The notes below the pieces were generated by a model, which did no database searches, was not told the origin of the DNA, and saw only the letters and a program-made list of their open reading frames with translations. Below are positions 19,601-28,732 of a stretch of DNA of 64,000 nucleotides, piece by piece (the stretch's first letter is position 1; each line of letters opens with the position of its first letter). The stretch covers positions 21,362 through 85,361 of the forward strand of contig JAFGTT010000030.1 of NCBI GenBank assembly GCA_016933955.1. Direction: 5' to 3'. This DNA is from Candidatus Zixiibacteriota bacterium (GTDB lineage: Bacteria; Zixibacteria; MSB-5A5; GN15; PGXB01). The position numbers and the translations under genes are program-made.

Positions 19601-20233
19601 CTATTTGATTCTATCCCTCAATTCCACCGGCACATCATCGACACCGGCTTTCTGGCTTAGCTGCAGGGCCCGCAGATAAGCCACAATGGTCCAGCCGTCA
19701 TCGGCCGGAATCTGGTGGCTGTAAGATGGCATGTTGCCGAAGCCGTTGCTGATGACATCAAAAATCTGTCCGTCCGGTATGGATCGAATACGATCGGTAT
19801 GGAACGACGGCGGCGGAACATAGCCCCGGCTTAGCATGATTCCTTTGCCATCGCCAAGACGGCTGTGACAGGGAGAGCAATAAATATCAAAGCGTTCATG
19901 GCCTCTTCGGAGTAACTCCATGGTGATTGGAATCGGATTTTCCTTCACGAATTCACCGGTTGGTTTTTTCCCTTGATAAAAGACGATATTATCCCGCAAC
20001 TGACCATGTGCCACGGTTCCGGCGGCCGGTACCCGCATACTGGCGCTGTCGGCAAAAAAATTACTCTCGCTCTGGGGTCGGTATTTCGGCTGGTGGTCCA
20101 TATTGGGATTGACGTGGATCGGCGTCCGCGTCGACGGCCTTTCCCGGGCGCATCCGGCCATAAAAGCGGCCATAAATATGAGAACCATGATTGTCCAAAA
20201 AACCATGAGCATATTTTTATTCAAACGGTTCAT
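19601..20233 (-). CDS. actE: Alternative complex III subunit ActE (monoheme cytochrome c lipoprotein)
   Basis: Signal peptide with lipobox (FMAGC). Single CSPCH heme motif. ~210 aa, as for ActE. Confidence 0.75.
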   Translation of the reverse strand: MNRLNKNMLMVFWTIMVLIFMAAFMAGCARERPSTRTPIHVNPNMDHQPKYRPQSESNFFADSASMRVPAAGTVAHGQLRDNIVFYQGKKPTGEFVKENPIPITMELLRRGHERFDIYCSPCHSRLGDGKGIMLSRGYVPPPSFHTDRIRSIPDGQIFDVISNGFGNMPSYSHQIPADDGWTIVAYLRALQLSQKAGVDDVPVELRDRIK

Positions 20234-20784
20234 TCTCCGCTCAAGACCTCCACATTTTTGCCACCAATTGATTCCAGAAAAATGCGGCTTTGCTCGATAT
20301 GGAATTTCGGATCGGCCGCTTCAAGACTGATAAAGAAGCCATCATCAGTAGCGCGAACAAAATTGTCGGAATAAAAAACCGGGTGATGAAATCTGGGCAG
20401 GCCGTTGATCGCCAGCATACCGATCAGGGCGGCGAAAGCCGAAAACACGACTCCAAGGGCAAAAGTCACCGGGACATAAGCCTGGTAACTGAAGAATGGT
20501 TTGCCGGATATAACCAGGGGATAGTCGATGGTGCTGGTCCACCATTGAAGCGCCAGGGCACCGGAAGTCCCGATCAACGCGGCCAGGCCGATAATCCAGC
20601 CCAGCGGGGAACGCTTCAGGCCCATTGCCCGATCCATGCCATGGATGGGGAAAGGAGAATGGCAATCGAATTTTCGATACCCTGCTTCGCCGGTTTTTCG
20701 AGCGGCCTCCATCAGGACCGCCGGACTGTCGAACTGAGCCAGAAGCCCCTGGATTTTCATTTGATTACTCATGACCACCTCCAT
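20230..20784 (-). CDS. actD: Alternative complex III subunit ActD (two-TM membrane subunit)
   Basis: 184 aa with two predicted TM helices. Positioned between actC and actE. Overlaps both neighbours by 4 and 20 nt. Confidence 0.65.
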   Translation of the reverse strand: MEVVMSNQMKIQGLLAQFDSPAVLMEAARKTGEAGYRKFDCHSPFPIHGMDRAMGLKRSPLGWIIGLAALIGTSGALALQWWTSTIDYPLVISGKPFFSYQAYVPVTFALGVVFSAFAALIGMLAINGLPRFHHPVFYSDNFVRATDDGFFISLEAADPKFHIEQSRIFLESIGGKNVEVLSGE

Positions 20785-22156
20785 GCGGTACCTCCGCCTC
20801 AGGCAGAACCGTCTTCACTTCGGCCATCGAAATCATCGGTAAAAATCTGATGAACAGAAGGAAGAGCGTGAAAAATAGACCGAACGACCCGACGAAAATA
20901 CTTATATCCCAGATGGTCGGGCTGTAATAATCCCAGTTGGCCGGGAGAAAATCCCGGGCCAGGGATGTCACCACAATTACAAAGCGCTCGAACCACATGC
21001 CGACATTGATCAGGATTGAGGCAATGAACAGGACCGGGATACTGGTGCGCAGTTTTTTAAACCAGAACAATTGCGGGACGAGAACATTACAGGTTATCAT
21101 GATCCAGTAGGCCCAGGCGTACTGGCCGAAGGCGCGGTTCATGAATACGAATTGCTCATATATATTGCCGCTGTACCAGGCAATGAAAAATTCCATGCTG
21201 TAAGCATATCCGACCATGGTACCGGTAAGCAGAATAACCTTGGTCATTTTTTCGAGGTGGTTGAGGGTAATGATATCCTCCAGGTGGAAAATTTTGCGCG
21301 CGATAATGGTTAGGGTGATGACCATGGCAAACCCGGAGAAAATCGCCCCGGCGACGAAGTAGGGCGGAAAAAGAGTCGTATGCCAGCCGGGCAGAATGCT
21401 GACGGCGAAGTCGGTCGAAACCACACTATGTACGGAAAGAACCAGCGGCGTGGAAATACCGGCCAGTATAAGATAAGCCAGTTCGTAATGCCGCCACTGG
21501 CGATTACCTCCGCGCCACCCGACCGCCAGAATACCGAATATAATTTTCTTGATTTTATTCTTGGCGCGATCACGGAAAGTAGCCAGATCCGGGATCAGTC
21601 CGGTGTACCAGAATAGCAGCGAGGCGATGAAATAGGTGCTGACCGCGAAAACGTCCCAGAGCAGGGGAGAACGGAAATTGGGCCACATATTCATTTGGTT
21701 GGGCAGCGGAAACATCCAGTACACCACCCAGATCCGCCCGACATGGATGGCCGGGAAAATCAGGGCGCAGGAGATAGCAAAAAGAGTCATGGCTTCGGCG
21801 AAGCGATTTATGGAAGTCCGCCAGCGCTGACGCAACAGGAAAAGAATAGCCGAGATCAGGGTTCCGGCATGACCGATACCGACCCACCAGACAAAATTGA
21901 TAATTGCCCAGCCCCAGCCAACCGGATTATTCAATCCCCAGATGCCGATGCCCTCGTAAACCAGGTAGCCGATCGATCCGAGAAGCACCATCAGAAGCGA
22001 AAGAGCGGCCCCCATGGCCAAAAACCAGACTCGCGGGGTCCGGCGCTCGACAATACCGGAGATTTTGTCGGTAATGCTCCTGAAGGTCTGGTGGCCGGTT
22101 ATAAGGGGCGGATCATGCTCCGGCAATCCGGCCGCATTTCTGGCAATGGTATCCAC
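20765..22156 (-). CDS. actC: Alternative complex III subunit ActC (NrfD-like quinol-interacting membrane subunit)
   Basis: 463 aa polytopic NrfD/PsrC-family protein immediately downstream of actB. Confidence 0.8.
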   Translation of the reverse strand: MDTIARNAAGLPEHDPPLITGHQTFRSITDKISGIVERRTPRVWFLAMGAALSLLMVLLGSIGYLVYEGIGIWGLNNPVGWGWAIINFVWWVGIGHAGTLISAILFLLRQRWRTSINRFAEAMTLFAISCALIFPAIHVGRIWVVYWMFPLPNQMNMWPNFRSPLLWDVFAVSTYFIASLLFWYTGLIPDLATFRDRAKNKIKKIIFGILAVGWRGGNRQWRHYELAYLILAGISTPLVLSVHSVVSTDFAVSILPGWHTTLFPPYFVAGAIFSGFAMVITLTIIARKIFHLEDIITLNHLEKMTKVILLTGTMVGYAYSMEFFIAWYSGNIYEQFVFMNRAFGQYAWAYWIMITCNVLVPQLFWFKKLRTSIPVLFIASILINVGMWFERFVIVVTSLARDFLPANWDYYSPTIWDISIFVGSFGLFFTLFLLFIRFLPMISMAEVKTVLPEAEVPHGGGHE

Positions 22157-22159
22157 TAA

Positions 22160-25100
22160 TTAACCCTGTTCCGCTTTATCATTATTATCCATACCTTCCG
22201 CCAGTTTCAGATTAGGATTCCGCAGTCTGGCCAGGTATGAATTTCGCGGGCGAACATTGAGTTCGACCAGCAGTTCATAGTTGCGATCCATTTTCTTTAA
22301 AGCTGTCACGGCACTCGAAGTATCGTTGATATTCCCGAAGGTGATGGCTCTGGTCGGGCAGGCCTGCTGACAGGCGGTTATTATTTCACCGTCGCGGACA
22401 GCGCGATTCTCCTTTTTGGCGGCCTGTTTGGCACGATTGATCCGCTGGATGCAGAAAGTACATTTTTCCATGACGCCGCGAGAACGAACGGTGACATCCG
22501 GGTTCTGGGCCATCTTGACGGTTTCCGGTAGCCTATTAGTATAATTGAAGAAATTGAATCTTCGTACTTTATACGGGCAGTTGTTGGAACAATACCTGGT
22601 TCCGATACAACGATTATAGGTCATATTGTTCAATCCCTCGCGGTCATGAACGGTGGCGGCGACCGGGCAGACTGCCTCGCAAGGCGCATTTTCGCATTGC
22701 TGGCAGGGAACCGGTTGATGAACCATGCCGGGATGGTCCATGTCGCCGGAGAAATAGCGATCGATTCTGATCCAGTGCATCTCCCGTCCGCGGTAAACCT
22801 GTTCTTGACCTACGATCGGAATATTATTCTCGCTCTGGCAGGCAATGGTGCAGGCATCACATCCGATACAGGTATTCAGATCGATAACCATACCCCATTG
22901 ATAACCGGTGCTGTAATCATGATCGGGATATATCGACTTTAAGGAGGGGTGCTCTACCATTTCAGATACGAATCCGGGGTTACTGCGATACTCCTCAAGA
23001 GTGGCCTCGCCGACCAGCGGTCGGCCTTCCATAAGATTGTGATCCTGAGTATTGGCCAAGCGGCTTACCCGATCCGTTTGAGTAACATTTGCGCCCTTTA
23101 TAAATGACATCCCGGCCGCAGTTCGTAAACGATAGGTATCGACTCCGACCCCATCGGCCACCCGGCCAACTTTATCACGACCGTAACCCAGAGGGAGAAC
23201 AACGGTCCGATCGGCAATTCCCGGAACGATCCAGACCGGGATTTCGATTTCGAGGGAATTCAATCCCAAGCTGACGATATCATTATTTCCCACCTCCAGG
23301 GTTGCCGCCGTTTGGGGATTTATCAGGGCGGCGTTGGACCAGGCCAGCTTGCTGACCGAATGCGGCAATTCCTGGAGCCAGCCATTGTTGGCATAACGGC
23401 CGTCATACAGATACGATGGATAAAAGCCCAGCTCAAGCTCATCGGATGAATCCTTTGATGAATCCGGAAGATTTTCAAAAACGGCCCCGAAATTTTTAAG
23501 TGGCCGGAACCCGTATGATAATAACGGTTCGGTTTTAAGCAAGCCTTCATGAAGAACCCGGCGCCATCTATTCTCGAAATCACCTCCGTTCAGAATATTG
23601 CCCCAGGTTTCACGAACGATATCATAACCTCGCTGATCCCGCCCGGTCGCCATCAGGGAGTACATTTCGCTGTCGGAATGAGCACCATAAAGCGGCTCGA
23701 TCATCGGTTGAATGATGCCGACCGTACCATCGGCGGCACGGACATCACCCCAGCTTTCAAGATAATGAGCACGGGGAATATGCCACTCGCATTTTTGCGA
23801 AGTTTCATCGTAATATTCACTGAAATGAATATTGTGTTCTATCTTTTGAATCGCTTCGCCGAAATTCAGATCAACCGGGGCATTGTATACCGGATTACCG
23901 CCCAGGATGACCAGGGTGTCGACTTTGCCGGCCGCAATGGCATCGATCATTGTTTTCAACTGCCCGGTGTCTGATCGGGATGTGTCCCTCATCGGGATTA
24001 AATCCATGGTCCGCCCGATATTGCCCAGGGCATTATTCAATAGCAGTACCAATTCATGAACCTGAGCGGGTTGACGCCGACCCGCGACCACCAGATTGGC
24101 CCCTTTATTGGCCATCAAATCCTCGGCCAGAGCAGAAATCCATGATATGTCAAAAGTCTCATGATATTCCGCGATATTTCCGCTGATATCGAGACCGCGC
24201 TTCTGAAGTTCCTTCAGCAGGGTCGAGAGAAAGGCGTCGATCCGGCTGCTTTGAATGGCATACCGATGGTCAGCCATGCCGCCGGTTATGGTAAAGGCGC
24301 TTTCAACCACATACAGACGGTTCATGCTGTCGTCCGTATTATTCATCCGCCGCCCGTCGGCAAACTCGCGCGCCGCCCTCAAAGCCTCACTCTCAGTCTG
24401 AAGAAAATCGGAATCGAGAGAAAGTATTACCGAAGCCAGGTCATATTTGTAAATCGGTCTTAAGTCGTTTCCGGTCAGATTTTTAACAGCCCCGAGTATA
24501 TTTTCATCACTTATTGGTTCATAGCTGACCCATTTTGCTTTCGGGAAAGCCTTCAGTATCTCGGTTTTCAGGCGGGCCAGAGTGGGCGAGGAGAATTCTT
24601 CTGATATAAACGCCAGGCCATCGCCCTTATTTGCGATAAACTTATCATGCAGTTCCCGCCAAACCGTGACAAAGGTATCATACGTGACTTCAACGTTACG
24701 ATTTCGAGCCATCTTCGAGCGATCCGGATCGTAGAGGCCAAGGGTCGAGGACTGGATAAAAAGGCCGGTAGCTCCGCCGGTGGAGGAGTGGACCGGATTC
24801 CCCTCGACTTTGGTCGGCCGTCCCTCATGACATTCGACGATCAATCCGAAAGCCGACAGTCCCAGCGGCATCGAGGTGGCGTAATACTGCGGGACTCCCG
24901 GAATAATCTCCTCGGGCTGGGAAACGTAGGGAATGATTTTTTCCACCGGTTTGCGGCATCCGGCCAATCCGGCCAGCGCCAGGGAAGCGGCCATAACCGT
25001 CAGAAAATCACGCCGGGTTACGGTATTATCATCATGATGATTATCCCGGTCACGATATTGCTCCAGAAGATGCCGGCGATACCGCGGCGTGCATTTAAGC

Positions 25101-25174
25101 TGATCCAGACTGGTCCAGTAATATGTATTGGTCTTTTTCATATCCCTATCACTCATCGGTGACATCCCGAACAA
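22160..25174 (-). CDS. actB: Alternative complex III subunit ActB (fusion of a molybdopterin-oxidoreductase-like B1 domain and an iron-sulfur B2 domain)
   Basis: 1004 aa. Tat signal (TRRDFLTVMAASLALAGLAGC). Large MopB-like domain. C-terminal four-cluster ferredoxin-like region (CIGCDACTIACQSEN, CQQCENAPCEAVCP, CIGTRYCSNNCP, CTFCIQR). Confidence 0.85.
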   Translation of the reverse strand: MFGMSPMSDRDMKKTNTYYWTSLDQLKCTPRYRRHLLEQYRDRDNHHDDNTVTRRDFLTVMAASLALAGLAGCRKPVEKIIPYVSQPEEIIPGVPQYYATSMPLGLSAFGLIVECHEGRPTKVEGNPVHSSTGGATGLFIQSSTLGLYDPDRSKMARNRNVEVTYDTFVTVWRELHDKFIANKGDGLAFISEEFSSPTLARLKTEILKAFPKAKWVSYEPISDENILGAVKNLTGNDLRPIYKYDLASVILSLDSDFLQTESEALRAAREFADGRRMNNTDDSMNRLYVVESAFTITGGMADHRYAIQSSRIDAFLSTLLKELQKRGLDISGNIAEYHETFDISWISALAEDLMANKGANLVVAGRRQPAQVHELVLLLNNALGNIGRTMDLIPMRDTSRSDTGQLKTMIDAIAAGKVDTLVILGGNPVYNAPVDLNFGEAIQKIEHNIHFSEYYDETSQKCEWHIPRAHYLESWGDVRAADGTVGIIQPMIEPLYGAHSDSEMYSLMATGRDQRGYDIVRETWGNILNGGDFENRWRRVLHEGLLKTEPLLSYGFRPLKNFGAVFENLPDSSKDSSDELELGFYPSYLYDGRYANNGWLQELPHSVSKLAWSNAALINPQTAATLEVGNNDIVSLGLNSLEIEIPVWIVPGIADRTVVLPLGYGRDKVGRVADGVGVDTYRLRTAAGMSFIKGANVTQTDRVSRLANTQDHNLMEGRPLVGEATLEEYRSNPGFVSEMVEHPSLKSIYPDHDYSTGYQWGMVIDLNTCIGCDACTIACQSENNIPIVGQEQVYRGREMHWIRIDRYFSGDMDHPGMVHQPVPCQQCENAPCEAVCPVAATVHDREGLNNMTYNRCIGTRYCSNNCPYKVRRFNFFNYTNRLPETVKMAQNPDVTVRSRGVMEKCTFCIQRINRAKQAAKKENRAVRDGEIITACQQACPTRAITFGNINDTSSAVTALKKMDRNYELLVELNVRPRNSYLARLRNPNLKLAEGMDNNDKAEQG

Positions 25175-25800
25175 TCCACCGGTGGATTGATATTGAGTTC
25201 ATTTTTTAGCCGCTCAGCAAACTGCAACTGGCTTTCGGGTGGCGCCCAGCCCATATTGGTCAACTCCTCGTGCGGGCGCAGATATAGATCGGGATTGCGA
25301 TGGCAATCCAGGCACCAGGACATGCTCAACGGCTGTTTTTGCTGGACCACAACCATTTCACCCACATTATCATGACAGCTGAAACATCCCACCCCGGCTC
25401 GGAGATGAGCGCTATGATCGAAATAAACGTAATCCGGCAGCATATGCACCCGGATCCAGCGCATCGGCTCTTTTTTCCCCCAGCTTTCGCGGATCGGCAA
25501 CAGACGGTCGCTGTCGGGCAGAATCAGCGTGTGGCAGTTCACGCAGGTCTGGGTCGGAGGAACATTGGCTACCGGCGATAATTCCACGGCGTTGTGGCAG
25601 TACCGGCAATCCAGCCCCAGGTCACCGGCATGCAGTTTATGACTGTACGGAACCGACTGAAGCGGCCGGTAGCCGACATCGGTGTACCACGGCGAAAAGA
25701 AATACCAGACGAAAGCGACCACCGCCACGATTTTAATCACCACTATAACAGCCGCATAAGTGGGGAGTCTATTAGTCCATTTTGGAAAAATCTGAGCCAA
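25153..25800 (-). CDS. actA: Alternative complex III subunit ActA (membrane-anchored pentaheme cytochrome c)
   Basis: N-terminal TM anchor. Five CxxCH motifs (CRYCH, CVNCH, CFSCH, CLDCH, CSGCH). 215 aa. First gene of the operon. Confidence 0.8.
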   Translation of the reverse strand: MAQIFPKWTNRLPTYAAVIVVIKIVAVVAFVWYFFSPWYTDVGYRPLQSVPYSHKLHAGDLGLDCRYCHNAVELSPVANVPPTQTCVNCHTLILPDSDRLLPIRESWGKKEPMRWIRVHMLPDYVYFDHSAHLRAGVGCFSCHDNVGEMVVVQQKQPLSMSWCLDCHRNPDLYLRPHEELTNMGWAPPESQLQFAERLKNELNINPPVDCSGCHR

Positions 25801-25997
25801 TAGTGCTATCCTCTGTGGCCCAATATAAGAGACCGCAAATGATAAGGCAACCTAAAACAGCGTCCCCGAAATCATAGCGATAAAAAATTATTAATAAATA
25901 TACTATTGAGTATTGAAATACATCAAGGGACAGATTAAAGCATATAACGCACTTGATATCGGGAGTCTGAAATTCGCGAAAATTTTGGTATTTTTTT

Positions 25998-26026
25998 CTT
26001 GACAGGTGGATAAATGGGTATTATTA
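25998..26026 (+). promoter_or_regulatory. Near-consensus sigma70 promoter (TTGACA, 17 bp spacer, TATTAT)
   Basis: Exact -35 hexamer, optimal spacer and a 5/6 match at -10, in the 1.1 kb AT-rich gap between actA and sppA. Points away from the ACIII operon. Confidence 0.55.
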
Positions 26027-26084
26027 TCTAAAATTAATTATCAGTTCTTGTTAAGAATAGGAATAAAAGACCGAGGAAATATAT

Positions 26085-26156
26085 ATGTTTACGCCGATTG
26101 AAATTTCGAATTGCCTTTTTATTCGGTCGCTGACCGGATTGTGGGGAATGGGATAA
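26085..26156 (+). CDS. Mini-ORF (23 aa, MFTPIEISNCLFIRSLTGLWGMG) inside the short transcript defined by the promoter at 25998 and the terminator at 26184
   Basis: ATG 7 nt after GAGGAA. Could be a leader peptide, or not translated at all (sRNA). Confidence 0.15.
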   Translation: MFTPIEISNCLFIRSLTGLWGMG

Positions 26157-26183
26157 CCAGGGATATAAAATATTGCATGTATC

Positions 26184-26211
26184 GCCCGGGTTAACCACCC
26201 GGGCTTTTTTT
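26184..26211 (+). terminator. Intrinsic terminator (GCCCGGG-TTAACCA-CCCGGGC plus T7)
   Basis: Perfect 7 bp GC stem and a 7 nt U-tract ~180 nt downstream of the predicted transcription start. Confidence 0.6.
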
Positions 26212-26237
26212 ATCTATTTTCGGAAAGGAGGAAAAAT

Positions 26238-26396
26238 ATGAGACATGTCAGAGGTCTTTTAAGGTCGGATTCAGGGACTGTGATCGGAATCCATCTAATT
26301 GAAGGAGTTGAAATTATGAACCCGTTTATGATTCAAAACGGAAACTGGTCAACCGTGCAAACCGGTGGCCGGAGTGAAAGATGGTATTCCGGATGA
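26238..26396 (+). CDS. Small hypothetical protein (52 aa) with a strong RBS
   Basis: AGGAGG 6 nt upstream of the ATG. Below the ORF-track cutoff. No recognisable domain. Confidence 0.3.
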   Translation: MRHVRGLLRSDSGTVIGIHLIEGVEIMNPFMIQNGNWSTVQTGGRSERWYSG

Positions 26397-26917
26397 GGAA
26401 GAAAGTCAGGTTTTAAGGATTTCATAAGTTTATTCTGCAACCTTTCTTAATTCCCTCCATGGAATAATTCATCTTTCAATACTACCACCAGACTGGTTGA
26501 CCACCCGGGATCAGGCGGCCGCCGTTACACGCGGCCGAACGACCCGAAAGCAAATGCCGGCCTATATTCATGAAGATTATTCCGGCATGTCAGACAGGCC
26601 AAAATTCGGACAGAAGGAATTGAAAGATGTTTTTCGATATAATAAAACGGATTTTCCATGGGGAAAAAATAGCCATCTCGATTTCATTTAAGGAATCGGG
26701 AAGATTTATTGGCGGATACAGAATAAGTATCTGCATAAAATGCTGACGGCGGAATCTTATGAAAGGAGATGAGATAAATGTTTTATCATGGCTGTTTACA
26801 TTTATCACGGAATAGTATAAATTATAATCTTTGCACGAGTCCGGCAACCTTTGGCCGGATCCGAACGTCAAATACATATAATGATAATATGGTGTCATTA
26901 ATCTGTGGAGGTTATCA

Positions 26918-28666
26918 ATGAAATCTTTCTGGGGTAAGCTTTTTGCGGTAATCGGGGTCATCGCCGTGGTCGTGATCCTGGTAGTGGCAATCGCGCTTCT
27001 AACGCTGACCGGCAAGGATAGTGTTCCGGGAAAGACTATTCTTGAAGTCAACTTTGAAAAATCATTTGTGGAATATATCCCGGATGATCCACTGGCCCGG
27101 GCCATGCTGAATAATAGCCTTATTGTTCGGGATGTGATTGAGGCCCTGAAAATAGGCACCTCCGATGACCGGGTTATCGGGCTTATTGCCACCACCGGAG
27201 CGGGCCGAATCGGATTGGCCGAGATACAGGAAATCCGGCAGGCGATTATCGATTTCCGTCGGGCCGGGAAGATAGCGGTCATTTTTTCGGAAACATTCGG
27301 CGAATGGGGGGCCGGCAACGGCTGCTATTACCTGGCTTCGGCTTTCGATGAAGTCTACCTGCAACCTTCAGGGGATATCGGTCTGACCGGGATTATGGCC
27401 GAAACGCCTTTTGTTAAGGGAACTCTGGATAAGCTGGGGGTGGTTCCGCGGATGGGTCAGCGGTATGAATACAAGACCGCTGTTAACATGTTCACGCAGG
27501 AGAAATGCACCCCGGCCCATCGTGAATCTTACGAACGGGTGACAGAATCGATGTTTGGTCAAATGGTTGGTGATATCGCCGGGGCCCGAAACCTGGAGCA
27601 GGAGAAACTGCGGACAATGATCGATCACGGGCCCTTTATCGGAAAAGAGGCTCTTGAGGCCGGGTTGGTGGATGGTCTGGCCTATCGGGATGAGGCCTAT
27701 GAGAGAATTAAAGAACTAACTGATAAAGAAGCCGAATTGCTGTATTTGAATGAATATTTCAAGCGTTCCGATCGGCCATATTCAAAGGGTAAAACCGTGG
27801 CTCTTATATTCGGAGTCGGAGGCGTTTCGCGGGGCGCCAGCGGTTATGATCCGCTTTTCGGGGATATCATTATGGGCGCCGAAACGGTAGCGGAGGCTTT
27901 CAGGAAAGCGGTCGACGATGATGATGTGAAAGCCATTTTATTCCGGGTTGACAGCCCCGGAGGATCCTATGTCGCTTCGGATGTGGTCTGGCATGAGGTC
28001 AAGCGGGCCCGAGAAAAAGGCAAGCCGGTGGTGGTCTCCATGGGTGAAGTGGCGGCTTCCGGCGGATACTTCGTATCCATGGCGGCCGATAAAATTGTCG
28101 CCCAACCCGGGACGATAACCGGATCGATCGGCGTTTACGGCGGCAAAATGTATACCCGGGAAATGTGGAAGAAAATTGGTATTACCTGGGACAAGGTAAA
28201 AAGCAGTGCCAATGCCGATATCTGGAGCGGGGTGGATGATTATACTCCCGACCAGATGGCCAGAGGCGATGCGGCACTGGATCGAATCTATGAGGATTTC
28301 ACGGCCAAGGTAGCCGAAGGCCGCAATTTGCCTTTGGAAAAGGTTCTCGAGATCGCCCGCGGGCGAGTCTGGACCGGCGAAGATGCCCTGGAACTCGGCC
28401 TGGTGGATAAACTTGGCGGCTATCCTGAAGCCATCGCGCTGATTAAAGAGCTGACCGGGATCGAACCTGATGCGGATATCGACCTGAAGGAATTTCCGGA
28501 GAAAAAATCAATGCTGAACAGGTTGCTGAAATCAGATCCGGCCAATAGCGAAGAAACCTCGGTTCTGGTTCGGACAACGGAATTAATTCAACCCCTGGCC
28601 GTCCTGGCCAGACGCCTGGGTCTGTTGGAACAGCCGGGAGTCCTGACGGCCTCAGGGTATTATTGA
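26918..28666 (+). CDS. sppA: Signal peptide peptidase SppA (protease IV, 67K type with tandem S49 domains)
   Basis: N-terminal TM anchor. Two ClpP/crotonase-fold S49 halves. The second has the catalytic-Ser region SMGEVAASGGY. 582 aa. Confidence 0.85.
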   Translation: MKSFWGKLFAVIGVIAVVVILVVAIALLTLTGKDSVPGKTILEVNFEKSFVEYIPDDPLARAMLNNSLIVRDVIEALKIGTSDDRVIGLIATTGAGRIGLAEIQEIRQAIIDFRRAGKIAVIFSETFGEWGAGNGCYYLASAFDEVYLQPSGDIGLTGIMAETPFVKGTLDKLGVVPRMGQRYEYKTAVNMFTQEKCTPAHRESYERVTESMFGQMVGDIAGARNLEQEKLRTMIDHGPFIGKEALEAGLVDGLAYRDEAYERIKELTDKEAELLYLNEYFKRSDRPYSKGKTVALIFGVGGVSRGASGYDPLFGDIIMGAETVAEAFRKAVDDDDVKAILFRVDSPGGSYVASDVVWHEVKRAREKGKPVVVSMGEVAASGGYFVSMAADKIVAQPGTITGSIGVYGGKMYTREMWKKIGITWDKVKSSANADIWSGVDDYTPDQMARGDAALDRIYEDFTAKVAEGRNLPLEKVLEIARGRVWTGEDALELGLVDKLGGYPEAIALIKELTGIEPDADIDLKEFPEKKSMLNRLLKSDPANSEETSVLVRTTELIQPLAVLARRLGLLEQPGVLTASGYY

Positions 28667-28732
28667 TTTATTTTGAATTCGTTTATTGCTTGAAAATCCT
28701 TATCTGCCGACATAAATTCAATAGAGGAGGGT

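Noticed and set aside
22646-24463. Plus-strand ORFs of 78-141 aa inside actB
   Set aside because: All antisense to a 1004 aa ORF with Tat signal, MopB-like and FeS motifs.
25998-26211. 6S RNA, SRP RNA or a known riboswitch in the short promoter-terminator unit
   Set aside because: Length is compatible with 6S, but I could not recognise the 6S central bubble, the SRP domain IV motif or any riboswitch consensus by eye. Left as an uncharacterised candidate.
26497-26691. 64 aa plus-strand ORF in the actA-sppA gap
   Set aside because: No RBS. Overlapped by a longer antisense frame. Composition not protein-like.
26590-27364. 242 aa and 100 aa minus-strand ORFs overlapping the start of sppA
   Set aside because: Antisense to a clear S49 peptidase gene that has a good RBS.
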